A DNA stretch of 64,000 bases from the NCBI RefSeq assembly GCF_009914755.1, contig NC_060938.1. One strand, written 5' to 3'. This DNA comes from the human T2T-CHM13v2.0 reference genome, Homo sapiens. This document shows positions 44,357 to 58,620 of the stretch, piece after piece (position 1 is the first letter of the stretch; every line of letters begins with the position of its first letter). A program made the position numbers and the translations under genes. Below the pieces are notes generated by a model that made no database searches, was not told where the DNA came from, and worked only from the letters and a program-made list of their open reading frames with translations.

Positions 44357-45749
44357 TTAGGTTACCCTTTCATCCAACAGTGCTGATTCATCAGCTTGAA
44401 GAAATCATTAAATTCAATGCCAGGTATAGTGTCACGCTCTTTGTGGGAGGTCAGTAAACATTAATCAAGGGAGCTTATGAGAATTCACAAAGCAGAAAAA
44501 TAGTATTATGTAAACAATTGTAAAACACAATAGAAACTGTAGTAGCTCTGGCATTTAAAATATGGGCTAAAATATTTAATAAAATATTTGGCTGTCTTTC
44601 TTACTTCGACGACCTTGTTTCTAGGGCAGGTTGACTCCTTTGAGAAGTGGATAATTCCATCTTGAATTTCTAATAATTTTACCTTGTAAAGTTTTCTTAA
44701 GAAAAAAATAAATCAGAAGAAACTAAAGTATCAATAGTTGTCTATCTTATTTATTGTTAAATATGTTTAACACATTTCTTAATAATAAAAATGATATTAG
44801 TAACTCAGTACAAAAATTGCCATTATTGGATATAAAACTTTAACATTTCCACAGGTATACATTTCATTAATTTAGTAAATAAATAGTGGTGCTTACTATG
44901 AGCCAGGTTATCAAAAAAACAATGAATGCCACTCCTGTTAATTATTAAAGTTATTGTTACTTACCTGGTGACAAAGTTTGCACACAAATGTACACAATTA
45001 ATATGGTAGTGAAGTAGGGAAGAGGGGTGGGGGAGGCACAGCTCCCATAGGAGAATGGAAAGAAAGGAAGGTAACATTCAGACACGTGTTGGGTATTTTT
45101 CTACACTTCATTTCATTTACTCTTCAACCTTCCCATCACCCCTCCAAGGTTTTTTTCCTAATTGAAAAACCTCTGGCTTGAAATTACGTAATTCTCTTAG
45201 CAGTTAAGTTATGTAGCTAGTATTTGAAATTATGTCTATTTTACTTCTGATTTTATATTTTTAACCATATTGCCTCAGGATCTAGGGGAAATACTCCTGC
45301 TATCATATTCCTATTGAGCAGTGGTATATGATTCCTAGCTATAAGACAGACTAATGATTCCAAGAACCCATAACACCATTTTGAACTAATGGCTCACTTT
45401 GTTCTGTGATGCAATCATTACAAATCCTATTATTTGCCATTGTTCATTCTGGGAAATATTTATCATTTCTAGAACCAAGTTCCTGAGTTTATGAATAATT
45501 GCCTGCACTCTAACTTGCTTACTATCTTGGACATGCCCTAATCTGATTTTATCTGTCATCTTTCATCCCCTTAGTGAGCGCCCAGACTACAATGCAGTGC
45601 CCTTGGTAGTAACTCTGAATCAGATGATATATGGAATTAAAAATTCATGTATCATCCATCTTTTTCTTCTGTGCTCCTCCTGATGTTAACTAAAATTTCG
45701 CTCTCTGTAAAGGTTAATGCTTTGCCTGCATCCCTCAATTCTAGGTAGT

Positions 45750-47010
45750 GGCAAGATATATACCACTTTCAAAAGCTTTATTTTAAACACTTCACTTTCC
45801 TACCACCATTTCTTATTGGTTCAATTGATATGTTCTACTTTCTTTATTTTCTTTATTCTTTATTCATCAGAACACTCTTCAGTGCACTTCCATCTTCATT
45901 CAATTTGGATTTATTTACCTATCATTAATTTTATTGACTCCATTGAAAACATTCACGATTCTTTTGCCCACTTAACCTCTGTCATCCTTGAACACAGGGT
46001 ATTCCATCTCTGCATGTGTCATCAAGCTGTTGGTTGTAGCTGGGAGAAAATATCACAAGCATAATAATCAGTTTCAGTATTAATTCACAATTACAAACAC
46101 AAATAAACAAAGCTCACTGCCAAAGAACTCTATAATTTTTTTTCCCTTTTTCTTTTTCTTTTTTTTTTTTTTATTTTTATTTTTTGAGATGGAGTCTCAC
46201 TCTGTCACCCAGGCTGGAGTACAGTGGCGCGATCTCGGCTCACTGCAACCTCTCCCTCCTGGGTTCAAGCGAGTCTCGTGACTCAGCCACCTGAGTAGCT
46301 GGGACTACAGGCAAGAGCCACCACACCCTGCTAATTTTTTGTATTTTTAGTAGAGATGGGGTGTCACTACGTTGGTCAGGCTGGTCTCGAACTCCTGACC
46401 TCAAATAATCCACCCTCTTCTACTATATTTCCATTAGTATATTTTCGTTTCTCTTCCAAGTCCTTACCACCTCCTTTCTCTAGCACCCTTGACTCTTAGA
46501 TAATGATTTCACTTCGTATTTCATTGAGAAAATATAACCTAACACAGAACAAAAACTATTTTATCAACCAATACGTCAATAATCCAATAAAAATTTTTAT
46601 TCCTCATGTGTCTATTATCTTATCCTCTTAATCTTATCAAAGTCCTCTCTTGTCTTCGCTTCTGAATATTCGTTTGACTTTACTCAAAATTTTACTCATT
46701 ATTCATCACCTTCTTCATCAAATTATCTGGATCCACTGGATTATAAGTATTAGCTGTTCCAGTGACTCCTACCAAAATAATTATAACTCTATTTTCTAAA
46801 ACCCAAAACAAAACAAAAATAAATTCTTCCTACTTGATGCTACAACTCCTCCTGTGAGGGACATTTTCTATTCTTCTTCATAGAAAAATCTTCAAAGCAT
46901 CTTTTACAATTTAATTTGTATCTCCATTGTCTCACCTTCTATTTATTTTTCTACCAAAATTATGATATTTTAGCTACTACAGTTGCTCTGAATAATCAAC
47001 TATCCTTTGT
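45750..47010 (+). mobile_element. L2 fossil interrupted by an Alu
   Basis: Pyrimidine-rich L2-like tracts (agctgggagaaaatatcaca; cttcgtatttcattgagaaaata; ttcttcatagaaaaatcttcaaag). Boundaries approximate. Confidence 0.5.
46136..46415 (-). mobile_element. AluS (AluSz-like) lacking the first ~50 nt of the left arm
   Basis: Alu similarity stops at ctcaaataatccaccc, so there is no A-box end; long mixed T tract at the tail. Confidence 0.88.
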
Positions 47011-49356
47011 GTATAACAAGGAGTCTGTGTCTTCTACTAACATTCATAAAATGATGGTAGTCTAAATTGTTTTTTTGTAAGTAGGTTAAAATCTCAGACC
47101 CTTCACAGCTCTTGACAGTTATCGGTATTTATGTAGTAGTCTACGGACTAAGCAATGCTTTTTGTTTCCCATATCTATCTCCAGTTAACTCTTGTCATAT
47201 CATTATGACATTTTTTGCATTGTATAGACCAAATCATATTAAAAGGAAATTCCGTAGTACTGTGTAAATATCTACCGCTCTTTATCTTATGTTTGTTTAT
47301 CTATTTATTCATTCATTATGAAGAAGTCTGTAATTGAATGAGACACATGGTGGACTTCTTATTTTAGGCCTTCAGATCAGCAAATACAGTCTTACTTGCC
47401 CATAAATACATACATATTCCTGTAGGTATAACTTCTTATATAGATGAACTACATGCTGTGGTATACATAATTAATTGAATAAAAATATATATTGGAACTA
47501 ATTGAATTTAAACAATAAAATGCTGTAAGTATATACATTCAAATAAATATTTTCTGTTGTGGACTGTAACTGCTACAGAGGAAGGTACATTGTAATGACA
47601 GAAGTGACCACCCTAGACATTTAAAATATATGATTGTCCTGAGAGTTAACTGGGAAATTTACATGCAATAAACTTAACCATATGTGGGAGTGAACAATTA
47701 GATCCTGCATGTGTAGGAGGACCCAGAACTCAAATCACAGTAATCTTAAAAGAGTTAAATTACGGAAGCCAGATTTACACTTAAATCAAAATTTGATCAA
47801 GCATATGTCATGCCAAGCTTAGAGACTGAGGCTCATTTATCATTTGCAGCACACACAAAATATTTACCCAATGCTTACTGTGTCAAGCATTGTGTACAAA
47901 ATAATGAGCAAAACAGGTAAGATCCTTGACTTTCTGGAGCTCACATTTCAACAGACACTAAGTAATCACTTAAATTGATTTACAATCACAATTTCGACAA
48001 GTGCTATGAAGACAATACTCCAGTGTTATAAAAGAGACATAATTTAGTATCACATTAAGGAAGACCTCCATAGGACCTATTAGATACATGAGGGTTGGAC
48101 ATAAGTGGAAAGCAAGCACAGCAGTGAGGATGGTTTTGGAGAAGGGACTTTTGGCTATATAGAACCCAGCATCTGGGTTCCTTTATTAAGGTTTCCCAAA
48201 GTGAAGGATAACACTTGTGGCTATGTAGCTAAAAGATACTTCTTAATATCCGGTAATTCCCTTTTGGATGATTGAAGTACTTGCCTTCAGTAAGGAAAAA
48301 CAAATTCATATTTCCCGTTTGTTGTTTAGTTTATAAAATATTATTTGGATTATAATTTGACTTTATAAGTTACTAAGCTTTAGGAAAAAAGCACTAACCC
48401 ACATTCTTATTGCATTGCATTTTTATTATAAATTAGCATATTCACATTTAGGTTTTTTGAGTGGTCTGGATGAGATTAGTTAATGTGTGTTTCACTCTGA
48501 GGTATACAGATTTTTAAAATATGCCCTCCAGATGAGTCTATTATATTTGTCTTTACTAGATTCTTAACAGAGGTGAATTCATTAAGGTAAATTCTATCTT
48601 GTAGGGTGCAGGGACAAAGTTGAGTGGACAGAAAGATGTTTTCAGTTTGCACTCTCTTTTCTTAGACATGAAAAATGTATTTAAGAACTGATCTATAAAC
48701 AGTAATAAAACATTGAGCTATTCATGCCTGCTCAGTGGTCAGAAGTAAGTAAAAAGGTAACTGAATCAAAGTTATATTAGATAATATAAGTCCCTGTTTG
48801 ATATCCAATATTACTTGTTTACTCTCCCTAATGGAGATACTATGTATCTAGTTACAGCATTATGAAATGAATATAAATGAGAAAATAAATAGAAAAATAG
48901 ATCCTATAGTTATTTTTAATGTTTACAAATGACAGTTATTAAATATAATAGATTAATGGCATAGTAAGTGATATGAAAATAAAATTATTTTAGAAAATTA
49001 TTAATAATGATAGTAAATATAAGGACAAACCAAACATAATTGTAATAAATAAGTACAAAGGTGAATGTATAGATAACAATCCCCTTCAGCAAATGTTCTA
49101 GTACCTTTGCCTGCTGACTCCTGTGAAGACATTTAGACTGAACTTTTCTTTGATGCTGTTAGATTAGTGTATTGTGTATATGTGTGTTTGTGTTTTTTTA
49201 AGCTAGTATAACCTTTACCACATAGACTATATATTCCATATTACAAGTAAGTTAGCTACATATTAATATGTCCAGTCTTGCACTATTCATAGCACTGTAT
49301 TCTCAAACTGGTGTCTCTCAATGACAAAAAACAATCACTAAAAATGGAAATTAGCT

Positions 49357-49662
49357 GGCTGGGTGTGGTGGCTCATGCTTGTAATCCCAGCACTTTTGTG
49401 AGCCCGAAGTGGGCGGATCATGAGATCAAGAGATCGAGACCATCCTGGCCAACATGGTGAAACCCTGTCTCTACAAAAATACAAAAATTAGCTCGGCGTG
49501 GTGGTGCCCGCCTGCAGTCCCGGATACTTGGGAGACTGAGGCAGGAGAATCACTTTAACTCGGGAGGTGGAAGTTACAGTGAGCTAATATCACACCATTG
49601 CACTCTAGCCTGAGCGACAGTGTGAGACTCTGTCTCAAAATAAAAAAAAAATTAAAAAAAAA
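49357..49662 (+). mobile_element. AluSc-like
   Basis: Contains tcaagagatcgagaccatcctggccaac; TSD ggaaattagct (49346-49356, 49663-49673). Confidence 0.92.
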
Positions 49663-49785
49663 GGAAATTAGCTAAGCCACAAATTGGAAACCAATGAATT
49701 TATCTCAAATAAAATCCTTAAAATCCATAAAGCTCTATAGATGATGGATGTTGGAGGGCTTTTCTGACAAAGCCAAATGTGGTCG

Positions 49786-50613
49786 TGATGCAAGATATTT
49801 CCTGGACCCCTTCACAGGACTTGCAACAGGGGTGCCTCATTTACTCAACCCACCCCGTGCAAACCCTTGCGGGAGGGAGCACACAGGTGAGCGAGTGCGG
49901 GATCCGGCCAGCTGCTTTTGGGCACCAACAGGAGCAAACTCCCTGTGGGCCTCGTGGCAGCATCCAGGTGGGGGTGCGTGCAACTCGCAAAGCCCCAGAG
50001 GGCATGTTACAGTGCTCTTTTAGCTCTGCGGTCTGTGGACGGGTTAAGTGTTAATAGCTCAGGGGCCCTTTGCCTTGCTGCATGGGGTGGCTGCCTTCTG
50101 CCAGCGAGGGCAAAGAGCCAGTGTGACAGCCTTCTTTGGGTACCCGCACCCAGTACATCCGGAATTCTTGTCTGGTGCCCAAGTGAAATGAGGTCATGTG
50201 CACAAATTGAAGGATGGTGAATGTAGAGAATTTTATTGAGTGATGAAAGCGGCTCTCAGTGGAGAGGAAAGGTGGAAAGGGAACGGGAAGGGAAGATCAC
50301 TCTCCCCTGAAGTCAAGATGCCTCTGCCTCTTTTCTGAAGTCAAGTTGCCTCTCTTCAGCTGCCGTCTCGGAAGTCAAAGTCACCTCTCTCCAATGCCCA
50401 GATGTTTCTTCTTTCTGTCAGCTGAATCTGGGGTCCTTATAGGCACAGGATGGGGGGCAGGGTGGGCCATGGGTAGTTTAGGAAAAGGCAACTTTCAAGC
50501 AGGAAAACAAGAATAGTTCTCACTTTGGGTCAAGGGTTTCAGGCTTTGCGGCTCGAAGGTGGGGTTTTGCCAGAGACCCACCTCTAGAATTTCTCTGTCT
50601 CCTGCCTCTATCA
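49786..50613 (-). mobile_element. ERV1 solo LTR (LTR27/LTR28/MER52-group)
   Basis: GC-rich island with TG...CA termini. The minus strand starts tgatagaggcaggagacagagaaattctag...cccaaagtgagaact and has caataaaa (ttttattg at ~50231 on +). Short internal gaagtcaag repeats. Confidence 0.8.
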
Positions 50614-50772
50614 TTATATCAGTAGTTATCCTTGCTTACTAGAATATTGTTAATAAGGTTATTAACTGGGAAATTAAATCAAAGTTATTTAGCATTCATA
50701 TAAATGCCCCTATAATAAGGAATGATTACTTAAGCTTAAATATTATTTTACTGTTAAAGATACAAAACCTTT

Positions 50773-51078
<306 letters not shown>

Positions 51079-51707
51079 AAAGATACAAACTCTTTATCCA
51101 TAATATTCTAAAATGATGTTAAACATTACATAAAATTGTTATACACAATTCGACGTGAACTTATAGAAGTTAGTCAGATATAAAAATATCCTATAAGAAA
51201 TAGCTTAAATATACAAATAAAAATTCCTATAAACTATGTGAAAAAATGCTTCTCTTTGTGTTTACACATTTAATACACAGGATTAAAATGTTAAAAATTG
51301 ATTATTTCTATCACACAATGTTTTTAGATAGCATGGCTATATAGGAAGATTATTGATTATCCTGGTGAATCAAAACCAACATCATTTCCTCAAATTTATA
51401 AGGATGGTTTTGTGCTTATTTTCCCCCAAGTTTATGATATCCAAGTTCACACATTCAGTACTTTTATGATGTAATTTCTTGGATGCATCTCCTATATTAT
51501 AATTTGGATAGAGATTTTCCTTGTAATTACAGCAAAGTTTACACTATACTCAAAACCATGTAAAAATTATCTCTGACATGAAACATGAAGCTGTTGAAAT
51601 ATTGGGATGACTAAGACTTTCACCCAGAGAAAACAAAGTGATAGAATATTTTCATTGAATTTTGAATCCTACCCCTGATAAAGGCAAACCATCACTTACT
51701 CCCTCTT

Positions 51708-52230
51708 ATTAGTCACAGCTATTTTTGTTACAAATGACAACACAGCTCAATCTTACCTCAGCACAAAAATAACTTATTGACTCAAAGGATGGCACTATCT
51801 TCAGGCATGGCTGGCTCCAGGAATTCAAAGAGCTGTAAGAACTCTTTATCTTTCTATCCGTATTTCAATTTGGACTCACTCTCAGATAGATGTGGTCCAA
51901 TACAGCAGCAAGTTTCCCAGGCAACTGTCAACTTACATGTTCCTTGGAGACTGACATGCAAGAAAAATAAAAGTATGTGTTTTGCCAAATAGCTTCAGTG
52001 CAAGACCCAGCCCAGATTCTTATTAACCCAGTTTGGATCGTATACTGATTTATGGACTAATTACTTGTCTATGAATGGAGAACTCTGACTGGTCAGATAT
52101 GTATGTGCACACTATTGCCAATGGGCCTTGGAAATGTGTTCAGTCACACCAGAACCAGTCAATGATCATAATAATGGTAAATACATCTCTGAAGAATAGG
52201 ATACTGAGCAGACCAGAAATAAATACACCT
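51708..52230 (-). mobile_element. Old MaLR LTR (MLT1K-like)
   Basis: ttagtcacagctatttttgttacaaatgacaac...cttcaggcatggctggctccagg; diverged. Confidence 0.5.
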
Positions 52231-52453
52231 GATCTTCCTGAGCCTGAATCTTCACATTAACTATTTTAAGAAAATTTAGGTTACAGGATTTTATAAATTT
52301 ATATTAAAACATATATTTAACTAAAACCTCAGAAGTTTCTTCTGCATTTAGTCATACCAGGTAAGGTAAATCATATTTCTCAAAATATTTAATTCATTTT
52401 AATTAATATTTTATATGCATGGGAAGCCATGCATTTAAAATAATATATTACTG

Positions 52454-52558
52454 AAAGGCACTGAAAAGTGAGCTTCTGCAAATGTTTAAATTGAATAAAG
52501 GTAAACAATATTTACTAAGAATCCACTGTGATAAAGATGTTAAGGGAATTTCAATAGG
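52454..52558 (+). repeat. Local duplication copy A (two fused blocks)
   Basis: 52454-52502 matches 55585-55633 (45/49) and 52503-52558 matches 55813-55868 (54/56). Confidence 0.92.
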
Positions 52559-53086
52559 CATCCCAAGTAACAGCAATAATTATATTTATGAATTGAGGAG
52601 TAATTCTAAATCAGTGTTAAAATAATCCACCCAAGATTAGGGGACATAACTGAGTTTGTGACTATTCAAATCTCCTGTTTGTTTCTTTTTTAGTCTCCCG
52701 CTATCCAGTGCTAGATTCTATATTCCTACTAATTTTGCTATATACTGATAGATACATTATGAAGTAGCTGAGAAAATGAGCTTGGAGATCAATGTGAATG
52801 GAGGCAAAATTAGTCATTTCTATTAACTGTTCCCTTAAATTTCTCAACTTCTCTCAGTAGCAGTTTAGATCAAATACATCTAGAACCCATCATCAATCCG
52901 TTTAGCTACCTTCTTGCCAATGATACCACTTCCTTTGCCTTTGTGTCCAAACTCTAAATCAACCCAACCCTCAGACTTTTCTGAATCTGACCTTAAGAGC
53001 AATTACAAAGAAAACCACACAACCATGCAGACAGATGTCACTCTATGTGTAGACTTCTATCTGTACAAGGCCTTCAGAACTTACTG

Positions 53087-53508
53087 GATTTATTAGTTTA
53101 CAGTTCCAGGGGTTAGAAGTCTGAAATGGGTTCACTGGGCTAAAATCAAGATGTCAGCAGAGCTGGGTTCCTTCTGGAGGCTTTAAAGGAGAAGATGTTT
53201 CCTCGCCTTTTCCAAATTCTAGAGGCTTCCTGGATTTCTGCACATATGATTCCCATTAGCAATCATATGACTCCAATCTCTGTTTCTCTGCTTCTGTCTT
53301 CACATCTCCTCTGATTCTGACACTTCTCTTATAAAAACCATTGTGATTACATTGAGCCCACACAGATAATCCAAGATAACCTTCCTATCTCAAGACACTG
53401 AATTTTATCACATCTGCAAAGTCAAATCTTCTATGCAAGGTAACATATTGACAGGTTTGGGGATAAGAACATAGACATCTTTGGGAGACCATTATTCAGT
53501 CTATTACA
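53087..53508 (-). mobile_element. MaLR LTR (MLT1C/D-like), partial
   Basis: acagttccaggggttagaagtctgaaatggg...ctgggctaaaatcaagatgtcagcag...atcacatctgcaaagtc...attattcagtctattaca. Confidence 0.78.
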
Positions 53509-54453
53509 CCTTTCTATCAGCGTGTTGAAATGTTCATTGCTTTCCTATTCTCACTCCCTTAACCTTACTTGAAATCAACTCATTTTTTAAACTCTTCAGA
53601 ACCAATCTTCTTGAGCTGCCTAGAGAAATGTATTTTTCCTCATCACCCTACATACACATACACAGGTAGTACAGAAACGACTTCCACCAAGGCCACTGTG
53701 ACTATTTTTAAATTACAAAAACCTCTTCAGTTCTTACACTTGACTCTTTAGTTGCATTTGCAGTGTCGGTAACTCATTGCTTCTTAACACACATACATAG
53801 GTATCTACGACTTCTACTTTTCTGGTTTTCCACTTGTGTCTCTTGTTCTTTTACAGTTTACTTTCAGGATTTTTCTTCCTCTGCCTATTATTTTTATGTT
53901 ACTTTTTCTCTGGTTCTGTTAGTCTTATTAGCTACTGGCTGCAAAAATCTCTCTAGGTTGGCTCAAAAACACTATCATTGCAAATTCTTTTAAAAAATAC
54001 CAAAAAGTTTGTAGTTTCCACATTTGGAATAGATCTCTTTTTATTGCAGACTATATGTACAACTGATTACTATAATTTTAATTAGATAGAGAAAGCACTC
54101 TGATCCTATTCTACCCCCTCTGTTTCTTATGCTCAAACAAAAATCTTCAATCTCATTCTTGAATTTTCCTCTATATCCTCACCATCCAATTTGTCATAAT
54201 TCTTCTGTGTTCTTTATTTTAAATACATCCTGTAATGTTTTACTTTATTTTTATGGTCATGACCATGGTTCATGAAAAGGTTTTCTATCATCTGAATTAT
54301 TTTTATAGCCTTCAGGCAAGTTTCCCTTCTTCAAATGTGGCTTCCTTTCTAAGCTATGTTCTGTGATAAAGCCAGAGGGATTTTTCTAAAATGCCAATTA
54401 CCTCTTCCCATTCTCATGCTTAAAATCTTTCATAGTTTTCCATTGCTCCTGGA

Positions 54454-54649
54454 TAGGACCAGCTTCATGGGCATGGGACATGTGTAGTTGCACAGGATCC
54501 TGCTCTGAGAATGCTCTGCTCTACCATCTTAAAATTCTTAATATTTTTTGAACATGAAGCCCCATGTTTTCATTTTGCACAGGGCCTCACAAATTATAGA
54601 GCCAGCCCTTTTTTAATATTTGCCTATCTTAATTATAGAGCTGGCCCTG
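54454..54649 (+). mobile_element. MER45A-like hAT-Tip100 MITE with a duplicated right terminus, inserted in L2-like sequence
   Basis: aggaccagcttcatgggcatg...cattttgcacagggcctcacaaattatagagccagccct, followed by a second aattatagagctggccctg. Confidence 0.78.
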
Positions 54650-55584
54650 TTCTTACATTTAATTACTTGGCCTCTGTCCTTTGTCCCTTTAGCAACTCAA
54701 GTTGCTCTTTCTGTCCAAATGCACAGAGACATAAACACACACACAATCATTACAACTCAACCATTTACACTCCGTCTCCAATGCTTTATTGAGCTACTAT
54801 TCAATCTGTAGATCTCTGTTTCAATATTAATTTCTGGAGGAAGCCATTACACACACTATTTCATAGCCAGTCCGAAGCACAGGGCATCTCTGCTTCTGTC
54901 TTGTGGCGCTCATTTATCTATGGTAACTGGTAATCTGCTTTTCTGTATCTGCCAGTGTATGCTAAGGTACATGCAACTGTTAACTATTTTACCCATAGCG
55001 CATTACATATTTATTGTTATTAAGGATATTTATAAATACTTAGTTTCTGAAGGGTTAACAAATAGTAATTTTCTTTCTTTTATTCAATAGAAGAAAACAT
55101 GTAGATGTTAAGACCATCTACTTAATATGGATCTGTGGCAGCAAACATAATATAATTATTATATTTCTATTGATAAGCTTTGTACATCTGCCAAAATTCA
55201 GAGACGCACTAGCATCTTGGGTTTTACTTGTGCAAATACTGCAAGAAAGGGAGTATTTTCACAGCTCAAATATTTTAAATTATATAATTTATTATTGACT
55301 GCTCTCTTGGTTGACTTTTACAGGGATGGTCTTTTATAGTCATGCAAATATTATTATTATTCTGATAAAGTAAGCCTATTGTTAGCTAAAATCCATGATG
55401 AAGACCAAAATAAGTGTAAAATGAAAGGTCAGTTTTCCTGTCTTACTATGATTGTCAAAGCAACCTCTTATTTGTACTATGTAAATAAAAGACTAGAGAA
55501 AATGATATTAGCATGAAAGCATACAGGCAGAGATATACTAAGGCCTTTGTGTAAACTAAATAACAGCATGGTACACAATGCTAT

Positions 55585-55868
55585 AAAGGCACTAAAAAGT
55601 GAGCTTCTGCAAATGTCTACATTGAACAAAGGTGGGAAATTCTTCCCCATCACAAAATTTTGTCAGAATGCCTAGTCTCAGCATGTTCTTCAAGGTATTG
55701 TACAATGGGATAGAACTGATTTGGCTACAGATATGCCCAGTTATCTGGACTTTATTATCCACATTCACCGAGTGACAGCCTCGTCGTGATCATCATCATC
55801 ATCCTTCTCATGAAACAATATTTACTAAGAATCCACTATGATAAAGATGTTAAGGGAATTGCAATAGG
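55585..55868 (+). repeat. Local duplication copy B (with a 179-bp middle absent from copy A)
   Basis: See copy A; the middle is 55634-55812. Confidence 0.92.
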
Positions 55869-55917
55869 ATAAAAATTAATACAGTCTTTAAATTTTATTA
55901 ATTTACAATTTTTAAAA

Positions 55918-56335
55918 ATTATGCTAAGTGAAATGAGCCAGACACAGAAAAATACTGCATGATCTCACTTACATACAGGATCTTTTAAAAAATCAAGTAT
56001 ATTAAAACAGAGAGTAGAACAGTGGTTACCAGAGGCAGAGAGAGGGAGGAAATGAAAAGTAGGCCAAAGAATACAAATTTGTAGTTAGGTAGGATGACTA
56101 AATCTAGAGATCTAAGGCACAACATGAGAACTATAGTTAATAATATTGTATTGTATACTGAACAGTTGTTAAGATAATAGATTTGAGGTGTTCTTACCAC
56201 AAGAAGGGAAAGATAACTATAGAGGTGATGGATGCATACATTTGACTGTAGTATTAGTTATCATTTCATTATGTATATGTATAATAAATCTGAACATCAT
56301 GTTATACATTCTCAATATATACTATAAAAATATAT
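55918..56335 (+). mobile_element. L1MA-type 3' end
   Basis: ttatgctaagtgaaatgagccagacacagaaa...acagagagtagaacagtggttaccagaggc...tctagagatcta...atagttaataatattgtattgtatact. Confidence 0.8.
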
Positions 56336-56345
56336 ATATTTTTTA

Positions 56346-56850
56346 AATGAGCTATCAAGCCACAAAAAGATGTGGAGGATGCTTAAATACATACAACTAA
56401 GTGAAAGAAGCCAGTGTGATGAGACTGCACATTGTCTTAGTCCAACTACATGGCATCCTGGAAAAATTAAAACTAGAAAGACAGAGTAAAAGAGCAGTGC
56501 TTTCCAGGGATTTGTAGGGAGCAGAGGAGATGTATAGGAGATACATGGGGGATTTTTAGCCAGTGAATCTATTCAGTATAATATAATGGTGGATACATGA
56601 TATTTAGTATTTGTCAAAACCCACAGATCTGTACAACACGAAGTGCTAATGTAAACTGAGAGCTTTAGTCAGTAATAATACACCAATATTTGTTCATCAA
56701 TTATAGTAAATGTACCTGGTGCAAGGTATTAGTGACAGGGAGATCTATGAGGCAGAAGGAGAAAGGAGTATATAAGAACTCTGTACTATTTGCTGGAGTT
56801 TTTGTAAACATAATACTGCTATAAAAATAAAATCTATTAATTTAAAAAAT
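56346..56850 (+). mobile_element. L1MC1/2-type 3' end
   Basis: aatgagctatcaagccac...tttgtcaaaacccacaga...aactctgtact...aaaaataaaatctattaattt. Confidence 0.8.
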
Positions 56851-58620
56851 ATCCTAAATTGTATTGAAGGAGAGCTAAGGACCCTATTTAATACAGCATG
56901 CAAATACGTACTTTGCTTTCTTAAGACTTTTCTCATTTATATTTCTGCACAGTGAATTTGCCATATGTTCATCTAGCTGGATTAATGTAAGAACATTTCT
57001 CATAAAGTGAGCAGAAATATTGTTAGATAAAAGCTTACAGATACTATGAGCCATAGTGAAACTATGAAAAATAATAAAACATAAAACCGATTGCAAAATA
57101 ATGCAGCTAGAAAGCCAATAAAATTATGCTATCACAAGACTGGTACCAAGGAAGAAAGACTGTGTGCTGGGAACAGATATAGCACCAGCACACAAGACAG
57201 ATGCTCTTCATAGCACTTTTATATAAACTTATTTGGGTACAGCTGGGAGGGGCATTGCCAGTCACATCCAGATAGTGCTCATTAGAGAAGCTGTGGCAAA
57301 TGATAACAGAAACTCAATTTTCCCTCCCAAGAACTATCTGCTAAAGAGGAGTTGTCATTCAGCCTTTGGGAATGTTTCCCCATGTGCAGATGTTTCTATT
57401 CTCTGGGTGCATAATCAGATCTGTCATTAGCACTTCCAGTCTTTTCTGTTTGGGCAGAGAAGAGAGTGTTTCCCGCTTACGAGAGAATCTAAGTGTTTGT
57501 TATGCCATAGTCAAAAATAAAATGGGATTTACTTCCAGGATCTCATTTAGGCTTTATACTATCTATTGTGAAAAGGTAGGTTCCTCCTCAATGTTATGAC
57601 AAATTTTTCAATTTGTCTGAATATATACATGCATTAAAAAATAGAAGCCTAATGCACCAGGAAATAGCCCTTTTCTCACCCTGTAGTCACTTTTACCATG
57701 AATTTTCAATGCTGTTTTACCCTTGACTATAAGGCTCACTATCTTGCTGAATGTTTTTCTTCAATTTTTTTTAAAGAAAAGGAAAAATCATTTCAAAGGC
57801 CAATTGATTATTTTTTCAAGCATGTTGTGGTTTTCAAGTTAGAGATGGATTGGTTAATTAAAATTTGAGGGGTGGATTTCCTCTTCTCAAGTGCAGGGAT
57901 AACATGTTACACTTATTAGGAATAAGTAGCATCAAAATCGTTAGATATGGGAAAGGGACTCAGGATATACAGAATCTAAAATCTACATAACCAGGGAATA
58001 TCCTCATAAACTTGACACAGTTTTTACTCGTTTGAGGACAATTGGGATGGTCATGAATGCCTGGTCCTTTTCCCACTGGACCACACTGTAAAATGGCACT
58101 TCTGTACTCCCTTTTATGTATGTCCAGGTGACTATCTTTGGTTGAAGACATGTGGTCAAAGGTGATGTGTTACCTTTTGAGTGGAGTCTGAAGAACCAGG
58201 GCGTGGTTTCTTTTACCTACTTCCTTATCAACTGTTGTGGTAATAATGAAAGAATGAGAAGGGGCTTCTGCCAATCCTACGGGTCTAAAATTAGTAACCT
58301 CCTGCCAAATGACCTCAAACATATGATGTGGGTGAAAAAAATTGTCTTTTAGCTACTGAGATTTGGGAAATATTCATTACTGCATTGTAACATAAGTATT
58401 CTGACTTACATGAAGTAAGATCAAAACTGAGTGTAAAAGGACAAACAGGAGTTAATTAGAGGAATGAAAGGCGAGGAGTATTCTAGAAAAAGGGGATATC
58501 ACAAGCAAAGATACAGGAAGATTTAAAAGCCTATGACTGGGATAGAAAGCATGCACAATTAATGACTCGGATTTGGTAAAATCAGCACAGAAATCTGCTC
58601 AAGAAGTACATTTTTAGCCA

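Noticed and set aside
49748-50516. GC-rich island with several ORFs as a gene or CpG-island promoter
   Set aside because: Coincides with an ERV1 solo LTR bounded by TG...CA.
52454-52558. Processed (spliced) retrocopy of 55585-55868
   Set aside because: The skipped segment lacks GT...AG boundaries and there is no poly(A) or TSD. Kept instead as a DNA-level duplication finding.
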